Assembly (NCBI GenBank): GCA_000004695.1
Contig: CM000153.2
Span: forward strand, 1,216,001-1,280,000
Length of the DNA: 64,000 bases
Reading direction: 5' to 3'
Origin: Dictyostelium discoideum
Taxonomy: Eukaryota
How positions within the stretch are numbered: the stretch's first letter is position 1; every line of letters starts with the position of its first letter. The notes below the pieces were generated by a model. That model searched no databases and had not been told where the DNA came from. It was given only the letters and a program-made list of their open reading frames with translations. Positions 12,686 through 26,274 of the stretch are shown here, piece by piece. The position numbers and the translations under genes are program-made.

Positions 12686-14545
12686 ATGAGTTTACTCTTA
12701 CCATCACCAATTAAAAATTTTGTATATCAATCATTTTTATCATATTCATATTCATTTTTATTTGAAAAATTTTTATCAAAAATTAAATATGGTTATCTTG
12801 TAATTGATATAAAAGATATTTCACATCCAGAATATTTTGGAAAACATTTAAAATATGGAAATGATCAACATGAAATAAAATCAAATATACAAATAACAAA
12901 TTTATATAGATTCTTTGTTAAAGGTAAAAAAATAAAAAAAAAAAATTATTATTATTAATTATCTCAGGGAGACAAATTTAATTAAAATTATAATAATAAT
13001 TAAAAAACTAATATTTTAAAATAATTATTTTTATTTTTTTTTATTTTTTATAGTATTATTTGGTGGAGATATTGGTTTTTCAGAAAGTTTTATTCTTGGA
13101 GACTTCACAAGTGATAATTTAAAAAATTTAATTTATAGTAAGTAATTTCTTTTTTTTTTTTTTATTTTTTATTTTTTATTTTTTTTTAATATGAACCCCC
13201 ATTCGAAACTGCCCCTTTTGCAAAAATTTTTTTTTTTTTTTTTTCCAATCACAAAAAAAAAAAAAACAATTTTATTTTCAAAAAAACAATCTTTGCGCAA
13301 AATATTTGATTGGACAATTTCACAAAAAAAAAAAATCCATTTTTTGATTTTCAAAAAAATTGATTATTTGAAAATTAATTTTTAATCTCAAAACTAATCT
13401 TAAAAAAAATTTTTTTTTTCATTTTATTTTATTTTATTTTTTTATTTTATTTCATTTTATTTTATTTTTAGTTTTTATTATTAATAGAAATGAATTAGAT
13501 AATTTAAATACAAGATGGTCATTTTTAATGGATGGAGTTAATAGATTTGTACATTATTTACATAGAAATACAATTGAAGGTTCAAAAGAAAATATTAAAG
13601 CACATTATGATTTATCAAATGATATGTTTAAATTATTCCTTGATAAAACAATGAGTTATTCTTGCGCATATTTCAACCACAGAGAACAAGACCTTGAAGA
13701 GGCACAATATAATAAAATTAGAAAATTAATTGATCAAGCAAATTTAAAAAAGGATCATCACCTTTTAGAAATTGGTTGTGGTTGGGGTGCACTTGCAATT
13801 GAAGTAAGTCCAAATTTTTTCATTTTCCCCCAATTTTTTTTTTTTTGCAAGGCATGTTAAACTAAAATTTTAAATATTTTTTATTTTTTTATTTTTTTAT
13901 TTTTAGGCAGTAAAAAGAACAGGATGTCGTGTAACTGGTATTAGTTTATCACAAGAACAATTGAAATATGGTCGTGAGAGAGTAAAGGAGGAGGGATTAG
14001 AGGACCGTATTGATTTACAGTATATTGATTATCGTAATGTTGTTGGACAATTTGATAGTATTATAAGTTGTGAAATGTTGGAGGCAGTTGGTTATGAAAA
14101 TTATAAAACTTATTTTCAATCTGTTGAAAGATTATTAAAACCAAATGGTGTATTGGTTTTACAATTCATTACATTTAAAGACCAAGATTTTGAAGGACTT
14201 AAAAAACGTTGTGATTTCATTCAAAAATATATATTCCCAGGTGGTCTTTTACCATCGATTACGGCCGTTATCAATTCTGCTACAGAGAATTCAAATTTGG
14301 TTTTACAAAATTCTGTTACTTTTGGTACCCATTATGCGTTAACTTTAGATATTTGGAGAAACAATTTCTTTTCAAATAAAGAGAAAATCCTAAATCTAAA
14401 AGGTGGTTTTAATCAACAATTCATAAATTTATTTGATTATTACTTTTGTTATTGTTCCGCTGCTTTTGATACTAGAACTATAAATTTAATTCAAATGCAA
14501 TTTTCAAGACCTTGTAATATAGATAATTTAAATGATTTTAATTAA
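12686..14545 (+). CDS. Cyclopropane-fatty-acyl-phospholipid synthase-like SAM-dependent methyltransferase (CMAS family), 4 exons: 12686..12923, 13054..13137, 13472..13803, 13907..14545.
   Basis: Family hallmarks are present: HYDLSNDMFKLFLDKTMSYSCAYF and the SAM motif LEIGCGWGALAIE. C-terminal conservation includes DYRNV..FD.I.S.EMLEAVG and LKPNG.L.LQ.IT. Donors are GTAAAA (12924), GTAAGT (13138) and GTAAGT (13804). Acceptors are ..TTTATAG (13053), ..TTTTTAG (13471) and ..TTTTAGG (13906). Phases 1/1/0 are consistent and codon counts check. Total ~431 aa. Confidence 0.85.
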
Positions 14546-16017
14546 TTAAAAAAAAAAAAAAAAATTAAAAAATTAAAAAATTTTAAAAAAAAAATAATAA
14601 TAATAATAATAATAAAGAAAATAAAAAAAATAATAATAATAAAAATAAAAATAATAATTAATTAATTTTTAAAAAAATAATAATAATAATGGTTTAACTT
14701 CCTTTTATAAGGATTTTATTTTATTTTTTAATTTTAAAATTTTAAATTTTTTTATTTTTATTTTTAATTTTTTTTTTTTTTTTTCTTAATAAAAAGTATT
14801 GTTTTTTTTTTAGATCTTTTATATAAAATGAAATAAAATTGACTATAAAGTTAACTTTTTTTTTTTTTTTTATTTTTTTTATTTTTTTAATTTTTTTTTT
14901 TTTTATTTTTTTTTTTTCATATTTTTTTTATATTTTTTTTTTTCCTCCTTCTTGAATTCTGTTCCATTCAATGCACACTATAATATGTATGTATTTAATT
15001 ATCTTTTATTTTAATTTTTTAAAAATTTTTTTTTTTATTATTTTTAATTTTTTTTTTTTAAAAAAATAATAGTTATATAAATTTTAATACCCTATTTTTT
15101 AAATTTTTAAAAAATTATTTTTTTATTATTGTTATTTATTTATTTCTTATAATTTTAATAAAGAAATTAAAAAAAACAAAAAAAAAAAAAAATAACAAAA
15201 AACTAATTTGCAAAGGTGTGATTTTGTACTTTTAAAAAGTTTTTAATTTAAAAATTTATTGTGGTTGTTATTCCATCCAAATTTCAAACTTCCATACATA
15301 CTAACCGTAACAATTTTTTTTTTTTTTAAAATAAATAAAAAAATAATTAGTAACACTTTAAAATCACTTTTTTTAGAAATCATACCAAATCAAATCAAAT
15401 CAAATAAAATAAAATATAATAAAATCAAACCTGGTTTAGGTCTTTAAAATATGAGTGGTATGTATTTATATGGGAACATTTAACCCTGGTTATTTTTGTT
15501 TTTTTTTAATTTTATTTTTTTTTATTTTATTTTTTATTTTTTATTTTTTTTTTTTTTGTGAAAATTTTTACAAAATGTTTAATTAAATTATATTAAAACT
15601 ATTTTTTTTTTTTTTTTTATTATTATAATTTATTAATAAACTATAGAACCAACAATAGCAAACAATAACTAAACAATAGATTAATAGGATTTCCTTTCAA
15701 TAAATATTTAAAAATAGTAATAACACTTTAATAATTTTTTTTTTTTTTTGAACTTCATAAAATACACATATTTATACATTTTAAAATATCTCATTTATAC
15801 CATAAAATTAAATATTAGCAATATAGTAACAATAACAACACCTTAACAACTACAAAAAAACCCAAATAATAGTACTTTAAAATAACATTTGTATTAATAG
15901 TTTTTTAATATATATGTATAATTATTTTACATACAAAAAAATTAATATATATTTTTAACACAAACAAACACACACACCAACAACAAACACACACTCTTTG
16001 TAATTTGAAATTTATAA

Positions 16018-16052
<35 letters not shown>

Positions 16053-16304
16053 AAAAAAAAAAAAAACAAAAAAAAAAAACAACAAACAAAATACCAATTA
16101 AATTTGAATAGAACAATAAAAAAAAAAAATATAAAAAAAAAATATAATAAAACAATTATCCACATTATTAATAATAAAAATAACAAAACAATAAATTAAT
16201 AATAAAATTAAAATTTAGTAAAATTAAATAAAAAAAAAAAAATAATAATAAAAAAAAAAAAATAATAATAAAAAAAAAAAAAAAAAACAGTAAAATAATA
16301 TAAA

Positions 16305-16810
16305 ATGGAGGTTTCTATAAAGTCATCCTTGGAAAAATATAATAACCAACAGCAAAGAAAACAAAGTATTGGAAATAATGTAAATAATAATAATAATAAT
16401 AATAGTAATAGTAATAATAAAGAAGAATATAATAACCAAATAAATGATTCCGATATAATAACGGAATATCAACCAAAAATAATAAACAGAGGATTTAATA
16501 TTGATGGAGATTCTTCTATAGACCACATAAATCCCAACAGTAATGAAAAAATTAATAATAACACTTGTTTTAATAATAGTAATAATAATAATAATTTAAA
16601 TAAAAGGAATTCGAATGAATTTAAACCTTATTCAATTGATAAAGATGAAGCAAAAAATATATTATCAAACCAAATTGAACAAAGAGAAAGAGAAATTAAA
16701 AGACAAACAAAGTTAGCTGAGAAAGATAAAAAAGATTCTTTAGTTTATGTGAATTATATAAAGGGTAGGTCGTAAATTAATTATTTCCCCCCACCACCAT
16801 ATTCAATACT

Positions 16811-16843
<33 letters not shown>

Positions 16844-18688
16844 CCTTCAAAAAATTAAAATTTTAGAATATAGAGAGCAATTAGATGGATACATAAAGGA
16901 CTTTTATGAGGATGTAGATGAAGAATATATAAATGGAATAAGTAGAGCACCATCAACACCCTCTACACCTTCAAATTCTATTACCACCACCACCACCACA
17001 AATACTACAACAAACACTGCAACATCTACACCAACAACATCACCTATACCATCACCACCATCTAATGATAATTTATTAATTGAAAAGGATATACATAAGA
17101 GAAGAAGTTATATTTTAGAGAGATCATCTGCCTTATCAAATATAGAAGGTACTTCAATTCAATCACCATTTCAACCATTTTCACCAATAACATTTTTAAA
17201 TCAATCACCACAATCTACTGTATCTGACACTGTTTTAGGTAAATCACCACCCTTAACTTCATTATCTTTTTGGGATTCACCAATTCAAAAAAGCACACCA
17301 CTTTCTGGTGGTGTTAATAATAATAGTAACAGTGGTACACCTAATATAAATGGAACTAATAATATACCTCCAACAATTTCTCCAATAATGGAACATGAGC
17401 AACAATCTACTCAACATCCAGAACAATTTCATAAAAATCAACAACAAAAACAACATTCTGAATTATCACCTTCTGCCATACCGACTATACCATTGGTTGC
17501 ACAACAACCAATTGAAATAAATGTACAACCAACAACGACAACAACGACAACAACAACAACAAACACAACAACAAATAATAATGATAGTAATGATAATAAT
17601 AGTAATAATGATAATAATAATAAAAATAATAATAAAGATGAAAAAGAAACTGTTTCATTATTAGTTAGCTCTTATCAAAATAAAGATAGTGAATTAGAAA
17701 GAGTTTTTAATAGAGCAAATGCAGAATCAGCAAGATCAAAACTATTGAAATCTAAATTTGAAGAATTATCACAATTGGTTCATTCTGAAAGAAGTTTTTG
17801 GACATCAATTGTTGAGAAGAGAAGAAAAGAAGTGGATCACAAAGAGAAAGAAATCAATAGACTATTGATGGTTGCAGAGAATCAAAAAAAGAAATTGATG
17901 GATTGTACAGATCAAATTACAAAATTAAAGAAATCTTTAAATTCAATCTGTCAAATTAGAGAGAATTCAGTTGTTGATATTAAAAAAATTAATGATAGAT
18001 TTTCATTTGAATCATTGAGTAATTCACCTGGTCCAACTAGTAGTTCTTCTTCATCCTCCTCTTCATCTATTGGTAGTCATGGAGCAAATCAACAACCTAG
18101 TAGTAGCCATCATCACCATCATCATAATCACCATCATCATCATCATCATCCTCATGGTAGTCATCATTATTCAAAATCAATTTCACCAAATAAATTATTT
18201 TCACCTCAACAATTTCATTCACCAAAAAATTCTTGTAATAATAATAATAATAATATAAATGTTTATAATACTGAAGAAAAGAAAGAGTTGGTAAATTTAT
18301 TATCATTATCAGAGAAAAAAGATGACGAAATTAGAAGAATTAAAGATATTATAGAATATGATACATTTAAAACCGTTTTTTTCTCCAATAAAGTAAATGA
18401 ACTAAAATTGTTATTAGAGGAAGAGGGTAGACAAGTAGATAGTCTCCAAAATCAATCAATGTTGGAAATAAAGGAAAAAGATGATGCAATTTTTAGAGTT
18501 GCTTTAAGAGCTCAAAAAGAAAGATTAAAATCAAATCAATTAAAAGATGAAATTAAAAGATTATCAAGAGCACTTTATCAAGATACAATTAAAAATAAAT
18601 CGAATAATAATAATAATAACAATACGAATAGTAGTAATACCTCCACCACAACCACCACTATCAATAATAGTAGTAATAGTGCTAATAG

Positions 18689-18720
<32 letters not shown>

Positions 18721-18722
18721 AC

Positions 18723-18764
<42 letters not shown>

Positions 18765-19646
18765 TCTAGTGTTAACAATAATATGATTAATAAAAATATT
18801 AAATCACCAGAATTAGAACCAGTATTTATGGAGATGGGGGATCTAAAACAATTCCAAGACCTTTCATTAAATCAATATTGTGATGAGAATATATTATCAA
18901 CCTATATACTTGGAAATGCTTGTCCACGAATGACTCCTCCCCACCAAGGCCATAATCGTAATAATAGCCAACAACAACTCTACCCAATTTCTGCAAATCC
19001 ACAACAACAACCATTGATTCCTCCAACAATCCTATCACAATCTCCTCAAAAATATACACCAACAAATCACCATCATCACCATCATTTAAACCCTTGTTTA
19101 TCACCAAGATATAGTTATAATACTTTATCTCCAACTCAACAACCAATTAATACAAGTGTTAATAATAATAACAATATAATACAACAAAGATCAAATTCAA
19201 TTTCTTCTTCAATTAATATACCATCATCAATTAGAAGATCATTTAGTCATGATAATATAAATGGTAATGGTAATGGTAATAATGTTGGAAATGTGAATGG
19301 ATCGTCATCTTCTTTATCAAATACTACATCAGCCTTTAGTCCAAATGTTGTATCAAATAGTTATGGAAGTAATGGTAGCAGTGGTTGTAATAGCATTAGT
19401 AGTATGAGTAGTATGATGATGATGATGAGTGGTGGTAACCAACAATTTTTAATTGGTTCACCCTCTGAAATGATAATGCATAAACTAAAAGAGATTGAAA
19501 GATTAAATAAAGAAGCAATTCAAAAAGATCAAGAATTGAATCAAGTTAAAAAGATTGCTGAGGCTGAAAGATCAAGATTATGTCTTTTGAAGGATAAATA
19601 TAAAGAAGTTCGAAATGAATTGATTGAAAAAGAATTAGTAAAATAA
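16305..19646 (+). CDS. Asn/Thr/His-rich coiled-coil protein (~1079 aa), 2 exons: 16305..16764 and 16867..19646.
   Basis: Donor GTAGGT at 16765 (phase 1). A poly-T intron ends ..TTTTAG at 16866. Exon 2 runs in frame into track ORF 17388..19646. Heptad-like coiled-coil segments flank polyN/polyH/polyT tracts, with a C-terminal coiled coil (MHKLKEIERLNKEAIQKDQELNQVKKIAEAERSRL…). No catalytic domain recognised. Confidence 0.75.
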
Positions 19647-19915
19647 TCGTTACGAAAATTTAACTAAAACTTTTTTTAAAAAAAAAAAAATCTCAACTTT
19701 ATATTTAAATATCATATCATCATCAATATATAACATATACCACATATTTATAACTCTCCCCACCCTTTTTGTACATTTTATAATTTATAACTTTTTTTTT
19801 TTTTTTAAACCAAAAAAAAACATAATAAAAAATTTTTGATTTTTCCATCAAAACACAACCTTTTTTTTATTTTTTTTTTTTTAATTTTTTTTATTTTTTT
19901 TTAGTCTTGTAAAAA

Positions 19916-21148
19916 ATGAATGATTCACCAATAATAAGTGTAGTTTTACCTTTTTTAATAAAGGACAATGACGATAAATCATTAAATTACCAAGGAATAA
20001 ATAATTTAATAATATCAATAGATAGCATTATTGAACAAACTTTTAAAGAATGGGAATTAATTTTAGTTGATGATGGATCAAATAATGAAATTTTGGAGCA
20101 ATTACTTTCAAAAAGATATAGTACAGATAATAGAATTAAATTCATAATAAATAAAGAGAATAAAGGTATTGTTAAAAGTTTAAATGATGCAATTTTAAAT
20201 CATTGTTCACCAACTTCAAAATATATTGCTCGTATGGATTCTGATGATATTTCTCATCCAACAAGATTACAATCTCAACTTAAATATCTTCAATCAAATG
20301 AAACAATTGATATATTAGGTTGTCCAATTAAAATGTTTAATAATAATAAATTAATTGAAATTTTAAATAATAATAATAATAATAATAATATTAATAATAA
20401 TGTGAAAGAGTTAATTAATATAATTAATAATGAAGAATCTTTTAAATTTATTCAACATCCTGATAAAGATATTTTAATGTGGTCAATGTTTTTCAATTGT
20501 TGTATTGTTCACCCTTCTGTAATATTTAAAAGATCGATATTCACTATTGAACATTGTTATGAAGAAAACAACCAATTTCCATTCATTGAAGATTACTTAT
20601 TTTGGTTAAAATCCTTAATAATGAAAGGTTTAAATATTTCAAATATCCAATCATCAACACCATTACTATATTTAAGAAAACATAATAACTCTATATCTTT
20701 TAAAAATATTGAAAAACAAAAAGATTCCACTGCTAATGCATCTTGTTATTATCTAAATATACTTTTTAAAAGATTTAATATTGATTCTGAAATTATTCAA
20801 AATTCTTCACTCTCAATGAAAGAAATTATTCAGTTCTTTCAACTTTCACCATCATCTTTATCAAAAATCAATAATATTTCAATTGAATTATTTGAATTTG
20901 CATTTAAATATCTAGAATTAATTGAAAAATCATGTACAAAACAACAACCAAACTATTCAAACAGTATAAAAGATGCAGCAAATGAAAAAATGGGTGAATT
21001 AGTATCTTTATGTTTATCAAATTATCCAAATAATCAAAAATCATCATTACTTTGGGAAAAATGGTTATCAAGAAATCCAACCTCACAATTACTATCACTT
21101 TTATCAAATTTAAATGTAAAATCTTCAACTACTATAATTAATAATAAT

Positions 21149-21238
<90 letters not shown>

Positions 21239-22225
21239 TCAATTTTAAATTTTATATCTGGCATTAATAGTAATAAAATAAATACTCCAAAATCTAATAA
21301 TAATAAATTTAAAGAAAATGGAATTAGAATAATTTGTTTCTCAAAAGATAGAGCATTTCAATTAAAAGAATATCTTAGAACATTTTTTAAATATTTAAAA
21401 AATGATGATAATGGAAATGATAAATTTGAAATTATTGTTGATGTATTATTTACATATTCAAATGAGAAATTCAAAAACTCTTATCAATTAGTTATTGAAA
21501 GTTTTCCACAAGTTAATTTTATTAAAGAAGAGAATTTCACTGATCAATTAATTAATTTAGTTCAAAAAACAAATAAACTTGAATATGTCATGTTTTCAGT
21601 TGATGATATTCTTTATTATAATGAATTCAATCTCAAAGAATATTGTTTATCTTTGAATAGTGAGCCATTGGCATTAGGTTTCTATATGAAGTTAAATAAA
21701 AATATTACCTATTGTCATACTTGTAATCAAGATATAACAATACCATTAAATTCAAATACTATTAGTAGAACAGAGAATAATTTTAAATATTTAAAATGGA
21801 ATAGAAATGATAATGATTGTAAAAAGGATTGGAATTATCCATGGGATTTATGTTCAACCATTTATAGATGTAATGATATTGATTCAATCATTAATGGTAT
21901 AGTTAAATATTATGGAATTAGAAATGGTATTAATCATCCAAATAGATTCGAATTCAATGGTAATAGACCAATCATTCAAAAGCAAATCTATCAAAATAAA
22001 CCCTACTGTTTATGTTTATCAGATCACTATTCTCCAATGTCTGTTGTAACTATTAATAGAGTTCAAGATGTCTATGATAATCCAATTTATGACCAAACCC
22101 TATCTTTAGATGATTTAGATCAATTACTTTATTCAAACAAATCATTAAATGATGAAAAATATAAAGAAAATAGTTTATCTTTAAATTTTAAAAGTGTTCA
22201 TATTGGTGAACTTTTTATTTCTTAA
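19916..22225 (+). CDS. pgtA: Two-domain glycosyltransferase with an N-terminal GT2 (inverting, DxD) domain and a distinct C-terminal domain. The size and architecture are consistent with the Skp1 beta3-GalT/alpha2-FucT PgtA (FT85).
   Basis: Single 769-codon ORF. GT2 signatures are present: SVVLPFL…ELILVDDGSNNEI…ARMDSDDISHPTRL. An Asn-run linker (21120..21240) separates a ~340-aa C-terminal domain. The published FT85/PgtA is ~768 aa with this layout. The symbol rests on recalled size and architecture, not on an alignment. Confidence 0.55.
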
Positions 22226-22277
22226 TTTAAAAATAAAAAAATATAAAATATAAAATATAAAAATGATATTTAAATAC

Positions 22278-22311
<34 letters not shown>

Positions 22312-22327
22312 TTAATTTTAAATTTAT

Positions 22328-23107
22328 TTATTGTGGTTTAATTTTATTAACACCAACCATAGCTGGTCTCACTAAACGATCATGTAATTTATAACCTTGT
22401 TTAACTACGTGACCAACAGTATTATTTTCTTTAGTTGGATCATTGAGTTCAAAGATTGCATGATGATTGTTGAAATCGAATTTTTCACCGATTGGATTGA
22501 AACGTTGTAAACCTTGATTACCCATAATCTTTAAAAACAATTGTTCTGTCATTTTAACACCTTCATGTAAATCTTTTAATTCTTTGTTTTCATCTAATTT
22601 CTCCTTTGGGAATAAATTGGTTGCCATTTCTAATTGATCGACGACTTCTAATAATTCCTTTGTAAATGATTGAATACCAAATTTCTTTGCTTTTTCATTA
22701 TCTTCCTTTGCAAATCTACGAACATTCTCTCTATCAGCTGCGGTATATAATAATTGTTTTTTAGTTTCTTCTAATTCTTCTTTTAATTTTTCAATGGTTT
22801 CCTCCAATGATCCTGGTGCTGGTTTATTTTCAGTCTCTTCTGGTTTTGCTGCTTCTTGATTATTTTCAGTTGAATAAAATCTATTATTTCTCATTAATCC
22901 AAAACTTGATGGTTTCTATTTATTTATTTTTTTAAAAATAAAAATAAAAATAATAAACAAAGTTAATAATTATTTGATTTATTTTTTTTTTTTAAAAAAA
23001 AAATTATTTAATTATAAATAATATTTTATTTTTATTTTTTTTATAAAACTTACAATAACAGTTGAGGTACGGATTGAAACAAGACCACGTCTAATTAAAG
23101 AGTTCAT
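22328..23107 (-). CDS. Mitochondrial GrpE nucleotide-exchange factor, 2 exons: 23054..23107 and 22328..22915.
   Basis: Exon 1 is MNSLIRRGLVSIRTSTVI (a presequence) followed by GTAAGT at 23053. The acceptor AAATAG precedes 22915. Exon 2 carries GrpE motifs: DRENVRRFAKED, LLEVVDQLE, FNPIGEKFDFNNHHAIFE, VGHVVKQGYKLHDRLVRPAMVGV. Total 213 aa. Confidence 0.9.
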
Positions 23108-23707
23108 TTTATTTATTTTAAATATATGTGTGTATATATTTTGATACTATTTTTATTATTTGAGCTAATTTTCGTAAATGAAAAAAAGAAAAATGAAAAA
23201 CACTTGAAAAAAATTTTTTTTCATTTTTTTTTTTTTTTTTATTTTATTTTTTTTTTATTTTTATTTTTTATAAAATTTTCATTAATTTTCAATTATTTTT
23301 TTATTAAAAATAAATCTAAAATAAATCTTAAACTTAATACTTTTTTTTTTTTGTTTATTTTTAGTTTTTTTATTTTATTTTATTTTTTTAGTTTTTTTTT
23401 ATATCTTGATTATAATTTTTTTAAAAATTATTATTATGTTTAATATTGATTATTTAATTAATATTATTTAATTATTAATTAAAAACCAGGGTCAACGAAT
23501 TTCACCTATCGTTTTTTTTTTTTAATTTTTTTTTTTTTTGTCAAAGGATTCGTCTAGATTTGCTGTCATTTGACAAAAAAAAAAAAAAAAAAGAAAAATT
23601 AATGAAATTTAAAATAATAATAGAGACCTTTGATTAAAAACTAGATTTTATTTTTCTATTTTTTTCTTTTTATTAAAAGATTTTTTTAATTACATATATG
23701 TACATTG

Positions 23708-23710
<3 letters not shown>

Positions 23711-23770
<60 letters not shown>
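23711..23770. repeat. Poly(T) tract, ~60 nt
   Basis: Direct reading of the sequence. Confidence 0.9.
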
Positions 23771-23774
<4 letters not shown>

Positions 23775-23873
23775 TATAATTTTTTTTAAAAATTAAATTT
23801 CCTTTTTTGAAATAACCAAATATATTTGAGAAAAATGATAAAAAAAAAACTACATCCAAGAATCTTGATAGTT

Positions 23874-24105
23874 TCAATTTGAATGTAATGCTTGGTCCAA
23901 TATGTCAAAGGGTGCAGTTGAAATTAAAAGTGAAAAAAAAGCTCTAACTTTCCAAATTGGGTGTATTATAACTTGACAACAACCAACATCAACAATTTCG
24001 ATATCCATTAATTGAACAGACTCTGTTGGAACAAAGACAGAGTTTGCATTTTCTCTATTTATATACTATATTTATTTTAATTAATATTAGCCAGATGTTG
24101 GTAGG

Positions 24106-24136
<31 letters not shown>

Positions 24137-24653
24137 AAAAAAAAAAAAAAAAAAATTACTCACAGGAACACCTGATAATGGATCAATGAAATCGGACCAA
24201 TACCCTTTTTTTTTAATATTATCACAAACTTTAGTTGCTACATCAACAAACTAATATATATATATATTAATATGGAGTTTAAAAATATTATTAGAATATA
24301 AAATAAAAAAACAATTAAAAAAAAAAAAAATAAAAAAATAAACTAATATAATCATAATAATAATAAAATTTTAAACTTACCAAATTTGAACGAAGTTCTC
24401 TTTCTTCATCAACAGCAGATGAAAAGCCAGACATTGGTAAATTTGTTTGTGACCAACAAATAATTAAATAAAGTGGGGATTTATTTTCATCATCCATACA
24501 ACCAATATTTTTATCGCCATTGGTATCAATTAAATTTTTTAAATCGTTTGGAAACAATGATTTAAAATTTTTTAATAATAATGGGATTGAACATTTTTTA
24601 ATTGTATATTCAAACTTTACACTTTCAATAAATTCTGCTTCATTTAATTTCAT
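23874..24653 (-). CDS. MMADHC (cblD; methylmalonic aciduria/homocystinuria type D) homologue, 3 exons: 24381..24653, 24164..24250 and 23874..24020 (last acceptor ambiguous).
   Basis: Conserved blocks match human MMADHC: CSIPLLLKNFKSLFP (human CPELLRKDFESLFP), GYWSDFIDPLSG (GYWADFIDPSSG) and VDVGCCQVIIHPIWK (DDLGCCKVIRHSLW). Donors are GTAAGT (24380) and GTGAGT (24163). For exon 3 the phase-0 acceptor is CAACAGAG|TCT (exon starts 24020). An alternative reading uses the weak donor GTGTTC with acceptor ATAGAG|AAAATGC (exon starts 24052) and retains 18 more conserved residues. Confidence 0.7.
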
Positions 24654-25174
24654 TACTTCCTGTTTTGTTCTATGACTGTGTATGTAAAAAAAAAAAAAAA
24701 AAACTATTATTATTTCTCTCCGGAAAAAAAAAAAAAAAAAATAAAAAAAATAAAAATAAAAAAAGTGAAAAAAGCAAAGATTTTTTTTTTTAATTTTTTT
24801 TTTTTTTTTTTTTTTTTTTTATTCCTAATAATAGACTTATGTAATAATGACAAAAATAGTTAAGAAAAAAAAAAAAAAGGGGATATTTTTTAAATCTTTT
24901 TTTTTTAAATTGTTTTTTTTTTTTTTTTTTTGTATTTTTTTTTTATATATAGAAAACGTGGAAAGGGGGGGGGTGGTTTTTTTTTTGTGTGTTGGAGGTT
25001 TTATACAACAAATAGGGTTTTTTTTTTTTTACTTGTTTGGTTGAAGAGTGATTTTGATGATAACGATGATTGAGTTAAACTTCGTATATATGTGTGGTTG
25101 TAATTTTTGTTGGTATGTATGTGTGTGTGTGATGACTTTAATTGGAAAAAATTATAAAATATATTATTTTAGTT

Positions 25175-26242
25175 TTAACAACAACCAGATTTTGGAGAGA
25201 TTGGAGCAGAGGAACCTGGTACAACCTTATTTTTATCAACGGTTTGAGTTGGTTGAGAAGCTGTTAATCTATTTTTAATTTCAGTGGCCATTGTCATAAA
25301 TGCTTGTTCTACGTTTGTTGATTGTTTTGCAGAGGTTTCGAGGAAAGGAATTTGAAGAGAGTCGGCAAAAGCTTTGGCGGTATTGAAATCTACAACTTTT
25401 TTAGCGACAAGATCACTCTTGTTTCCAACTAAAAGTTTATTTACATTTTCGCATGCAAATCTATCAATTTCTTGTAACCATTGTCTAACGTTTTCAAATG
25501 TTAATTTATCAGTTACATCATAAACAACAATGATACCATGGGCACCACGATAATATGATGATGTAATTGTTCTAAATCTTTCTTGTCCTGCAGTATCCCA
25601 CTAAATAATTAAAAAAAAAATAAAAAAATAAAAAAGAGAATTGTAAATAAAAATGATTTTATATCGTTATTTTTAATAGTTTTTTTTTTTTTTTTTTTTT
25701 TACATACAATTTGTAATTTAATGGTTTTACCATTTAATTCGATAGTTCTAATCTTGAAATCGACACCAATTGTTGAGATGAAACTTTCTGAATAAGTGTC
25801 ATCAGCAAATCTAAGTAAAAGACATGATTTACCTACACCACTATCACCGATTAAAAGTAATTTAAATAAATAATGACTAAAAATAAAAAAATTTAAAAAT
25901 ATTAGTTATTTATTATTATTCATTTTATTTTTTATTGATTATTTATTTTTTTTTATTTTTTTTATTATTATTTTTTATTTTTTTTTTTTATATTATTATC
26001 TTCTTGTCTATTGATATATCCCTCTATTGTTATTTTGTTTTAAGTTAAGTTTTTTTTTTTTTTTTTTTTTTTTTAAACTTTAAAAAAAAAAAAGGGGTGT
26101 TGTTTAGAGAATTCGTTCGTTCTTTCGTTTAAACTTTTTGATATTTGATACATTAAACCTGCTTTTTCAGTGAGTATCTGTGCATTACCAAGCCAATTAT
26201 TTATTCTATTTTTTTTTTTTTTATAAAAGTTTTTTTTTTTTT

Positions 26243-26274
<32 letters not shown>

